DNA of 64,000 nt, taken from Nevskia sp. Its GTDB lineage: Bacteria; Pseudomonadota; Gammaproteobacteria; Nevskiales; Nevskiaceae. Made by a program: the position numbers and the translations under genes. How positions within the stretch are numbered: position 1 is the first letter of the stretch; each line of letters starts with the position of its first letter. The stretch is taken from contig JAQGNS010000428.1 of the NCBI GenBank assembly GCA_028291705.1, positions 9,255-73,254 of the forward strand, given 5' to 3'. The notes under the pieces are model-generated. The model was not told the origin of the DNA. It made no database searches and saw only the letters and a list, made by a program, of their open reading frames with translations. This document shows positions 37,984-45,957 of the stretch, one piece after another.

Positions 37984-38172
37984 TCCATCTGACGATCGCT
38001 TGCCAGTGTGGCCTGCGCAGCGGCACGGCAGACAAAAAGTATCGAACGCTCCACGCGAACAGGAAACGCGGCACTAGGAGGCGGTGCGGCTGCTGATCAA
38101 CCGCGGGCAATTGATCAAAGAGGAACGATGTCAGATTTTGAGGCCGCTCGGCGCTATGCAGGCTTCCGATTA

Positions 38173-39465
38173 TCAGGTCGGCAGGTTGCAGCCATCGGGG
38201 AACTGCGCAGGCGATTTGAGTCGGATAGCCAGCATCGAAGAAAAAGTTTGTACCTTGGAGTCCGGCTGAACGATATCCATATCCACCGACACACAACGGA
38301 AGCCCGCAATGGCCTTCGGGTCCGAAAACTGTAGTGCCTGCACGCTCTTGATTCGCAAGATACGGGTTTCACCAGCGGGGATGGTGATCCAATCTTTGTC
38401 GTCGGAATTAAGCACCTGTACTGGAATCTCACAGTTGGAGCCATTCGCCTCGAACCCGTGAGGGCAACTGCCGCTTCCATCGTAGGTCAGCCTTAAGCGC
38501 ACGCTGTCAGGAGCGATCACCAAAGCGGTGTCAGAATGGTTGGTGAGCGACAGGGGCAGAGGCTTCTGGCTGGCAAAACTCAACATTTCGGCGGGTCGAA
38601 CGTCGAACTGTCCGACGTAGGCGAGTGTCGGATCGCCCAGAGATTGCTCAAGGTGGTCGATCTTGGCCACAACCAGGATTGCAAAAACCAGGAGACCGTA
38701 AGCGGGGGGCGCCAGCTCGATATGGCGAATCCACCGTTTGGGACTTGGAGCGGCGGCATAAAGCACGCGCGTACACAAATAGGTCACTACCAGTAGCGGA
38801 AGCGCGATCGCCAGACTTCCTAGCTTGTAGGGCGAGCCGATAAGTGAGGTTGGCAGGATCAGGGACGCCAGAACTTTGATGCCGACGGTCAGCTCGATCG
38901 CTGCCACCATCATGATCAGCGCGAACGCCGGCGTGTAAAGCACGGCAGCCCGCCATGCCTTGCGACGCACGCCCTTCGCCCTGGCCCCGACCACGGCGTG
39001 AATGACCACGCCGACCAAGAAAACAGGGAACATGACCTTGAAACTGCGTTCCGGGCTTTGAATAACGTCCAGCGCACGCTTATAGAAGCCGAACAGCAGA
39101 TCCAGCCCCTTGATCTGGCTGCTGGCCACAGCCGATGCGTACGCTGTGTTAAACAAGGCGGCCCTGCAGCGGTCGCCGAACATGATGAGCGCCGCCAACA
39201 GGGGCGAAAAAATGAAGAACAGCAATGGGCGGATGCCCTTCTCTCGCTGTACCTCTTCGCTATCCAACAGCGTCTGAGGATTGCGCAGCAGCCAGTACAT
39301 GTCGGTGAACACAGCCCAAAGCCGCCTCACGCCCGACTGAAATCCGCCGACCATCTTCTCTGCCCAGTCGGCTTTAGTGGCTTCCGGTTCGGTTTCGTTG
39401 CCGCCCCGCAGACGAACGAGAAAGGGCGGGGTGGGCGGTTGCCTGCGATTTCCGTGTGACGCCAT
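38173..39465 (-). CDS. Uncharacterised multi-pass membrane protein with a C-terminal beta-rich domain
   Basis: GGGAG RBS 7 nt before ATG at 39465; several TM segments; LLRNP...RPLLFFIFSPLL resembles DUF3667/Yip1-like starts. Confidence 0.7.
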   Translation of the reverse strand: MASHGNRRQPPTPPFLVRLRGGNETEPEATKADWAEKMVGGFQSGVRRLWAVFTDMYWLLRNPQTLLDSEEVQREKGIRPLLFFIFSPLLAALIMFGDRCRAALFNTAYASAVASSQIKGLDLLFGFYKRALDVIQSPERSFKVMFPVFLVGVVIHAVVGARAKGVRRKAWRAAVLYTPAFALIMMVAAIELTVGIKVLASLILPTSLIGSPYKLGSLAIALPLLVVTYLCTRVLYAAAPSPKRWIRHIELAPPAYGLLVFAILVVAKIDHLEQSLGDPTLAYVGQFDVRPAEMLSFASQKPLPLSLTNHSDTALVIAPDSVRLRLTYDGSGSCPHGFEANGSNCEIPVQVLNSDDKDWITIPAGETRILRIKSVQALQFSDPKAIAGFRCVSVDMDIVQPDSKVQTFSSMLAIRLKSPAQFPDGCNLPT

Positions 39466-39495
39466 AGCCTTGCTCCCGAGCGGCTTTTAAAAGAT

Positions 39496-39535
39496 TTGAC
39501 AGCATAACTGTACAAAAGTACAGTTATGCTGTCAA
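39496..39535. promoter_or_regulatory. 40-bp palindrome: symmetric divergent sigma70 promoter with a central LexA box
   Basis: TTGACAGCATAACTGTAC-AAAA-GTACAGTTATGCTGTCAA. CTGT-N8-ACAG at 39508-39523; TTGACA-17-TACAGT on both strands. Confidence 0.75.
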
Positions 39536-39706
39536 GAACCGTGTGCCATGCGCGAATTGCTATGTGCACTGCTGGGGCAGTTGAGCGGGCGGGGCTCTGG
39601 CTTCGGAGCCCCGAGCCAAAGCTCCTCGCTGACTTAACAATTGGGAAAGTGGTTGCTGCGCGTCCGTGGCGCTTAGGATTGGGCTAGGACCACGTTCGAG
39701 GGCTCT

Positions 39707-40006
39707 ATGGCCAACATCGCTCACTTGATGAACCTGACGTTCTGGGGGCTGCATTTGTTTGGCATCCCTATCTGCATCGGTATCTTCTTTGCCCGCCGCA
39801 ATCGCGGCGCAGTGATCCAGCTATCGGTGCTGTTGATCGTCATCTGCGGATGGCTGTTTCTCCAGGGCGGCGCGGTCCGGATCTTGGCGTACAGCCAAGC
39901 GCTGCCCGACCCGCAGCAGCAGGCCGACGCCATCCTATTCTTCTCCACCGCAGTTTACAGCGCGATTGCGGTCAATACCCTTGCCAACGCCTTGACGCGG
40001 GAGTGA
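39707..40006 (+). CDS. Small membrane protein (99 aa, about 3 TM)
   Basis: Three hydrophobic segments; GAGG RBS; 4 bp from the next gene. Confidence 0.65.
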   Translation: MANIAHLMNLTFWGLHLFGIPICIGIFFARRNRGAVIQLSVLLIVICGWLFLQGGAVRILAYSQALPDPQQQADAILFFSTAVYSAIAVNTLANALTRE

Positions 40007-40010
40007 GGCG

Positions 40011-40553
40011 ATGACCATTCCTGTGGAAGAAAGTCAGGTTACGCCGGAGCTGTTGTCCACCTTGGGCCAAGCCGTGATGGACTTTGGATTTATGGAAAGC
40101 GTCGTCCGGACGGCCATCACTACGTTGGCGCGTCATACCACGGTGGCAAAGGCCCTGGTCCTTCCGGGCGACGCCATTTCGCGAAATCTGGAAGTCCTGG
40201 CGCGCTTGTGCCAGGCGCGGGTCCATCCGAGCGCGCAGGGCGACTGGTTGGCCGCGGTGGACGACATCAAGACCTTGTACGAAGAACGCAACCGTATCTT
40301 TCACGGGATGTTCTACGAACACGAAAACAAGCTGTGGCTGTCCAAGACCAAACGCAGCAAACGGGGCCAAGCCGATCAGCATCATCGCATTGAAGTCGAA
40401 ATCCAGATGATTCAGGCCCTGCTACGGCGATTGCACGACCGCCGCCGTCAGTTTATGGACTTCATCGATGATTACGGGCAAGGCGACGACGGACCTGCAC
40501 ATGCGCCGTCGCAGGAAACGCATCCGAGTTTGCGCATCACGGCTAGCGGCTGA
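40011..40553 (+). CDS. Putative HEPN-domain protein
   Basis: Helical composition, N-terminal GQAVMDFGFMES segment, and an R-x4-H motif (ERNRIFHG). Confidence 0.6.
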   Translation: MTIPVEESQVTPELLSTLGQAVMDFGFMESVVRTAITTLARHTTVAKALVLPGDAISRNLEVLARLCQARVHPSAQGDWLAAVDDIKTLYEERNRIFHGMFYEHENKLWLSKTKRSKRGQADQHHRIEVEIQMIQALLRRLHDRRRQFMDFIDDYGQGDDGPAHAPSQETHPSLRITASG

Positions 40554-40615
40554 GGTGATGTTCGCTGCTGGTGGCCCGCTCAAAACTCCGGCCAGATCAC
40601 GAGTTTTGCAGCACC

Positions 40616-40766
40616 CGCCTGCTGCGGCCCGAGGTCGAATGGCCGCGGCTACGAAATGCAGTTGCTGAACCCCCCGCGGATGCCGGCTGCCGGACTGCCC
40701 CTGAGCGACCAAGAGATCGACGAGGTCCTGGCCGGTCTTGGTCCAGAACGAGGCAGCACGCACTGA
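40616..40766 (+). pseudogene. Isolated 3' end of a second virD4-like gene (frameshifted)
   Basis: RLLRPEVEWPRLRNAVAEP / PRMPAAGLPLSDQEIDEVL versus the VirD4 tail RLLRPEVGRPHLRNTTVEPPRMPAAGPPLSDQEIDHVL. One extra C in a C run. Confidence 0.8.
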
Positions 40767-40834
40767 TCCGGGGCGTCACGGTTCCGTCAAATAGCAAGGA
40801 AATTCAGGCTTATCCGCAGCTTGGGCCCGGATTT

Positions 40835-40869
40835 TGGTACCCGGTTTACGGTTATGGCACTCGTAAGTA
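40835..40869 (+). promoter_or_regulatory. Putative ECF-sigma promoter, copy 1
   Basis: TGGTACCCGGTTT-N12-CTCGTAAGTA upstream of the sigma gene; near-identical copy at 42666-42700. Confidence 0.65.
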
Positions 40870-40934
40870 TTTAGGACCCGGAGTTTGTGCCGTATTCCGT
40901 GGGCATTAGGGCGCTGTTTTCATGGGTAAGGTCC

Positions 40935-41495
40935 ATGATAACGGGGCATGTTCGAGGGCTGGATGCTTTGAAGGAAGACAAGCAAACCTTCTGGACGCGG
41001 TTGATCGCCGAGCACTATTCGGCGCTGACCGTGTATTTCCGGCGCCGGATTGCGCAGCCCGCCGAGGCCGAAGATCTGGTGCAGGAAGCCTATATGCGCT
41101 TGATCCGCATCGACCAAGGCGAAGGCGAAGCGATCCACAACCCCGAGGCCTACCTGTTCACCGTGGCGGAAAACCTGGTCCGCGAGCACGCCGTCATGCG
41201 CAAGCGCGCGGCGGTGGACATGGATTTGGACGAACTGGCGCCGGAACTGCTGGCGGTGCATGACACCACGGAGTCGGACCTGGACAAGGGACTGCGCCGG
41301 AAACAGCTGACGGCAGTATTCGAACGGCTGTCGACGCAGCATCGAGCCGTCCTGGTTATGCATTACCGCGACGGCCTCACGTACCAGGGCATCGCCGAGC
41401 AGTTGGGGGTATCGGTTCACATGGTCAAGAAGCATGTCGTCAAGGCGCTAGCGGCCTGCCGCACCGGCTTGGCGCAGTATCGGTGGGAGGATTGA
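40935..41495 (+). CDS. ECF sigma factor (FecI-like); exact start uncertain
   Basis: AEDLVQEAYMRL (region 2), NPEAYLFTVAENL, GLTYQGIAEQLGVSVHMVKKHVVKAL (region 4). Confidence 0.92.
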   Translation: MITGHVRGLDALKEDKQTFWTRLIAEHYSALTVYFRRRIAQPAEAEDLVQEAYMRLIRIDQGEGEAIHNPEAYLFTVAENLVREHAVMRKRAAVDMDLDELAPELLAVHDTTESDLDKGLRRKQLTAVFERLSTQHRAVLVMHYRDGLTYQGIAEQLGVSVHMVKKHVVKALAACRTGLAQYRWED

Positions 41496-41496
41496 T

Positions 41497-42621
41497 ATGA
41501 CCGTTCAGGACGAACGCGTGCGGGAGCTGATCGCCGAGCAGGCAGCGGAGTGGTATGTCGAGAATCGCGGCGGCGAGATGACCGCGCAGCAGAAACAGGA
41601 GTTCATGCGTTGGCTGCGGGCGTCCCCGCTGAATGTCTCCGAATATCTCGCCATCGCTGGAATCGCGCGCGGTGTCGGAAACGTTGCAAAGGGGGTGCAA
41701 ATGCCTTTGGAGGAGTTGATCGCCCAGGCGTCGGCTGACAGCAACGTGGTGCAGCTCCCCACTGCGAATCGGCCTCGCGCCGAACAGGCGTTGTCGATGA
41801 AGCCGGAGCGCCGCCTGAACCGTCCGTTCGCTGGACGGGGTACGTGGGCTTCGGCGGCGGTTGCAGTTGCGATCGTCATCGGCGGTTGGGCTTGGCTTTC
41901 CCAACAAAGCAACAACCAGCAATACGCCACTCGTCACGGTGAGGAACGGACACTGACGCTAGCGGATGATACTGTGGTGCACCTCAACTCGGATTCGGCG
42001 TTGGCAGTTCATTTCGATGAACATCATCGTGATGTTGAAGTCGAGCGCGGGCAGGCTTTATTTGAAGTGGCGAAGGATGCTACGCGGCCGTTCCAGGTCC
42101 GTGCTGGAACTTCTGTGATCGAGGATATCGGGACTGTATTCGATGTGTTCCGGCAGGATGCACAGACGGTAGTGACCGTGGTCGAGGGGCAAGTTACCGT
42201 GTGGGACTCCGCGAGCTTGCTTTTGCCTGCGCCGGCAACATCACCCTCTTCCGCGCTCCTAACGAAACCCCAACCGCTCGCGGACCTGCGCGCGGGTGAC
42301 CAGGTGCGGATCGCACAGACCGGGCAAGTTGAGACAAGGCGGGCAGCCAACGTACAGAAGGCGACTGCCTGGGTGCGGAACGAGATCGTCTTTGATCGGG
42401 ACTCGATCGCTTCGGTGGCCGCCGAGTTCAACCGCTACAACCGAATCCAGATCAAAGTGGACGATCCGCGCGTGGCCGCCATGCCAATCAGCGGTGTGTT
42501 TCACACTTATGACATCGAGTCCTTTGCGGACTTCCTCAACGGACTGCATGGCGTGCATGCGGCGATGCTGAATCAGCAACTTCTCGTAAGCAGCAGGGCT
42601 GCTGCATCTTCGGCCGACTAA
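41497..42621 (+). CDS. FecR-family anti-sigma/transmembrane sensor
   Basis: EQAAEWYV...WLRASP, TM segment, TRHGEERTLTLADDTVVHLNSDS, GQALFEVAKDATRPF, EFNRYN. Confidence 0.93.
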   Translation: MTVQDERVRELIAEQAAEWYVENRGGEMTAQQKQEFMRWLRASPLNVSEYLAIAGIARGVGNVAKGVQMPLEELIAQASADSNVVQLPTANRPRAEQALSMKPERRLNRPFAGRGTWASAAVAVAIVIGGWAWLSQQSNNQQYATRHGEERTLTLADDTVVHLNSDSALAVHFDEHHRDVEVERGQALFEVAKDATRPFQVRAGTSVIEDIGTVFDVFRQDAQTVVTVVEGQVTVWDSASLLLPAPATSPSSALLTKPQPLADLRAGDQVRIAQTGQVETRRAANVQKATAWVRNEIVFDRDSIASVAAEFNRYNRIQIKVDDPRVAAMPISGVFHTYDIESFADFLNGLHGVHAAMLNQQLLVSSRAAASSAD

Positions 42622-42665
42622 AATATCCGCAATTCCAGCGACTTGATCTACGCACGAAAAAATAG

Positions 42666-42700
42666 TGGTACCCGGTTTCTCCCATCGACCCTCGGAAGTA
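42666..42700 (+). promoter_or_regulatory. Putative ECF-sigma promoter, copy 2
   Basis: TGGTACCCGGTTT-N12-CTCGGAAGTA upstream of the TonB-dependent receptor. Confidence 0.65.
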
Positions 42701-42783
42701 ATAAGCAAGGAATTAAAACGCCATCCGGGGATGGCGGCTTGCTCCACTACCGGGCTACAGGACATCGAGGGAGTTCCAACGCC

Positions 42784-45765
42784 GTGCGCCATTACATCCT
42801 AATGTGTTTCGCTATTTTGCTTAGTGCAGCCTTTCTGACGAAGGCGCATGCGGCGCCGACCGATGCTGCAATTCCACCACAACCGTTGAATCAGGCGCTG
42901 ACGACGTTTGCGCAGCAGTCGGGCTTGCAGATCGTATATGTCTCGAAGGTAGCGGACGGGGTTCAGACGAAAGGGGCGCCGGCAGGATTGGCACCGAAGG
43001 ACACACTGGACAAGCTGCTTGATGGGACCGGTATTGGCTACCGATTCATCAACGACAACACGGTTACGATCTTCAATCCGTCAGAGGATCACAGCCAAGC
43101 TGACCCATCGGCGGCAGCTGCAACCGTGGAAAGCCTCCCGAGCGTCGGGACATCCGATCAAGCAAGCAATGAAACAGCACAGTTAAGTTCGGTGCAAACG
43201 GGAGCGCAGGCGCAACAGCAACCTCAAGACCAATCGCAAGCGCTCGATGAAGTTGTCGTCGTTGCTTCGCGCATTCCTCAATCTGCCAAAGATTCTGCCG
43301 TGCCGGTTCAAGTCTATAGCCGGCAACAGATCGATCAAAGCGGATCGACTACGCTAACACAGTTTCTGAATACATTGCCTCAAGTCTCGACTCAGACAAC
43401 GACTACCGGAGGTGCTCAGCAATTTGCAGGGGCACAAACTGTGCAGCTTCATGGCCTGCCGGCGGGTACCACGCTGGTTCTAATAAACGGCCGCCGGGTG
43501 GAGAGTTCAACCGGTACAACATATAACTCGGGCTTTTTTGACCTCAGCCAGGTTCCTCTTGCCGCCGTCGAGCGAATTGAAGTGCTGCCGACTGGATCTT
43601 CGGCGATTTACGGCGGGGATGCGTTGGGGGGCGCTATCAATATCGTCCTCAAGCAGGGCTATAAGGGCTTTGAAGCAAATGTTCGCTACGGTGGTACCGA
43701 AGATGGTAAATATAACGAGTCAGAATATAGTTTTAGCGCCGGGTGGAAGACATCGAAGTGGTCCATTTCGCTCATCGGCCTCTATGGGGACAATAGTGAA
43801 TTGTCTGGGAATGAGCGTTCTATTACAGCCAACCAGAACTACACGAGTTTCGGCGGCATAGACAATAGATACACGTACTCCAATCCTGGGAACGTTTGTT
43901 CAACGAATGGGCAAAACCTTCCCGGCCTAAATTCGTCGTGCGCAGGCATTCCGTCAGGAAGTAGCGGAGTAGGATTGACGCCTGCTAGTTTCGCGGGTAC
44001 AGCGGGCGTGCTGAATGAAACGTCCTTCAGCAGCTTTGAGTCATACCTCGCACCAAGCCGTCGATACGGTACGTTTATATATGGCACCTACGAACTCACG
44101 TCATCAGTGCAGCTGTTCACGGAGCTTCTTTACAATCACCTTGAACAGCGAGTCTCTACTCAGCCGCCGCTCGCAACTATCAGCGTTCCGGCTTCCAATC
44201 AATACAATCCATTTGGAGAAGCGGTTTCGATCGATTACCTCTATACAGGATTAGGACGAAATGGCCAGTCCATTAATGTGGACTACGTCCGCCCATTGGT
44301 CGGATTGCGCGGCCGATTGTTGGAGAGATGGCAGTGGGAGGTGGCCGGATGGACTTCGAGAGACTGGGATCACGACGAGTACATCCATAACCTTCCCAAT
44401 TCCGCAGCCATCACGGCAGCCCTTGCAAACGGCAGTTTTAACCCTTTCCAAGACGGGCCTGGAGCCAGTCCGTCCGTCTTAAGTGGATTCTATAAAAGCA
44501 ACCCTGAAAGCTACCGCGGCGCTATGGATTCTGCGAACGCCTTTATTCGCGGGCCTATTCTGCAGCTTGAGTCTGGGCCGGTAGAAGCGGTGATCGGTGG
44601 CGAATACGAGCATCAGATTCTGGCAAGTAATGTCCCATTCAATAAAACGATATTTTCCCTGGATCGCGAGATTGACTCGGCATTTGGTGAACTTAAAGTA
44701 CCGATTATCGGCAACCATTCGCACCCAGAGAATGGAGATATTCTGTCAACGCAATTCGCACTGCGCTACGATCGCTATTCCGATTCCGGAGAGCGTGCAA
44801 GTCCTGCAGCTGGATTGGAATTCCGGCCAGTGTCCGATTTTCTGATCCGGGGCTCCTATAGCTCGGCCTTCAAGCCGCCATCACTTGAGAATCTTGATGG
44901 TGCGCCCAATTCTTACGCAACCGCTGTGAACGACCCTTTACGCGGCGGACAGAGCGAATCTATAACACAGACATTCGGTGGGAACCCAAAACTAAACTCA
45001 GAAACGGGCTGGACGAAAAATATAGGCTTCGTCTTTTCTCCAGACAGTATTCGGAACCTCGATATTTCAGTTACCAACTGGATGATTGACATTCGAAATG
45101 GAATTGTCCAGCCATCGTTAGCCGAAGTCGTTGACAATCCGGATGCGTTTCCTGGCCGGGTCACTCGCAGCCCTCCCGCAGCGAATGATATCTATCCCGT
45201 TGGGCCCATTACATCCGTCAATCTCACGTCAGCTAATTTTGGATTCATCAACGCAGCCGGCTTTGACGTCGCCGTTAACTGGCGCAAACGGACGAGCTTC
45301 GGCGAGTTTTCACCTTCAATCGCCGTTACGCAGACCTACCGTTACGTCTACGAGTTGGATTCGACACTCGGGGCACAAAACGCTGCGTCGCAGGCGAATG
45401 ACGATGCAAACTATGCTCCACATTGGAAGGGGGTATTGGCATTAAATTGGAAGAAAGATCTGTTGCAGCTTGGCATAGATGGCCGTTACACCGGGCACTA
45501 CAAAGACGTGACGGATCTAACCACTACACCACGAGGATTGGGTAACTTCTGGTACGTGGATACAAATGGCCGCTACGAGCTCGGCAAGCTCCTCATGCCG
45601 AACTCTCCATTCCTCTCGCGGACTTATATTTCTGGTGGCATCCGCAATATGTTTAACAAGCTGCCTCCTTATTCGGACTACGAGTTCGGCGGAATGGGGT
45701 ATGACCCGAACGAGTACGACCTTCAGGGTCGATTCCTCTACGCACAGATGGGCGTGAAATTTTAA
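42784..45765 (+). CDS. TonB-dependent receptor with N-terminal STN signalling domain
   Basis: Signal peptide, IPPQPLNQALTTFAQQSGLQ (STN), DEVVVVASRI (TonB box), ERIEVLPTGSSAIYGGDALGGAINIVLK plug, C-terminal Phe. Confidence 0.95.
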   Translation: MRHYILMCFAILLSAAFLTKAHAAPTDAAIPPQPLNQALTTFAQQSGLQIVYVSKVADGVQTKGAPAGLAPKDTLDKLLDGTGIGYRFINDNTVTIFNPSEDHSQADPSAAAATVESLPSVGTSDQASNETAQLSSVQTGAQAQQQPQDQSQALDEVVVVASRIPQSAKDSAVPVQVYSRQQIDQSGSTTLTQFLNTLPQVSTQTTTTGGAQQFAGAQTVQLHGLPAGTTLVLINGRRVESSTGTTYNSGFFDLSQVPLAAVERIEVLPTGSSAIYGGDALGGAINIVLKQGYKGFEANVRYGGTEDGKYNESEYSFSAGWKTSKWSISLIGLYGDNSELSGNERSITANQNYTSFGGIDNRYTYSNPGNVCSTNGQNLPGLNSSCAGIPSGSSGVGLTPASFAGTAGVLNETSFSSFESYLAPSRRYGTFIYGTYELTSSVQLFTELLYNHLEQRVSTQPPLATISVPASNQYNPFGEAVSIDYLYTGLGRNGQSINVDYVRPLVGLRGRLLERWQWEVAGWTSRDWDHDEYIHNLPNSAAITAALANGSFNPFQDGPGASPSVLSGFYKSNPESYRGAMDSANAFIRGPILQLESGPVEAVIGGEYEHQILASNVPFNKTIFSLDREIDSAFGELKVPIIGNHSHPENGDILSTQFALRYDRYSDSGERASPAAGLEFRPVSDFLIRGSYSSAFKPPSLENLDGAPNSYATAVNDPLRGGQSESITQTFGGNPKLNSETGWTKNIGFVFSPDSIRNLDISVTNWMIDIRNGIVQPSLAEVVDNPDAFPGRVTRSPPAANDIYPVGPITSVNLTSANFGFINAAGFDVAVNWRKRTSFGEFSPSIAVTQTYRYVYELDSTLGAQNAASQANDDANYAPHWKGVLALNWKKDLLQLGIDGRYTGHYKDVTDLTTTPRGLGNFWYVDTNGRYELGKLLMPNSPFLSRTYISGGIRNMFNKLPPYSDYEFGGMGYDPNEYDLQGRFLYAQMGVKF

Positions 45766-45957
45766 GATGCGCCCTTCGCTCGGTTAGTACGGCACGGGGA
45801 CGGTGCATAAAACGTCGTTCTCCGTGACGGAGCGAATGCCGGCCAGCCATAGAACGCGGCTGCATTGCACAGCCTGCTCACGCGGACAAGCCTAATTCAT
45901 CGAAGCGAGCGAATTGGAAACGACGCATTAAATCTTATTCTTAGGAGTTAGGAAAAC

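Noticed and set aside
39496-39535. dif/Xer site reading of the palindrome (GCATAA...TTATG)
   Set aside because: The spacer between GCATAA and TTATG is 16 bp rather than 6, and there is no XerD arm.
39548-39637. 29-aa ORF just after the LexA box as a TisB/DinQ-like toxin
   Set aside because: MRELLCALLGQLSGRGSGFGAPSQSSSLT is not a membrane-spanning amphipathic helix, and there is no clear RBS.
45766-45957. Lasso-peptide precursor between the receptor and peptidase genes
   Set aside because: No ORF with an RBS, a leader Thr at -2 and a Gly-start core with Asp/Glu at 7-9 was found here or in neighbouring gaps.
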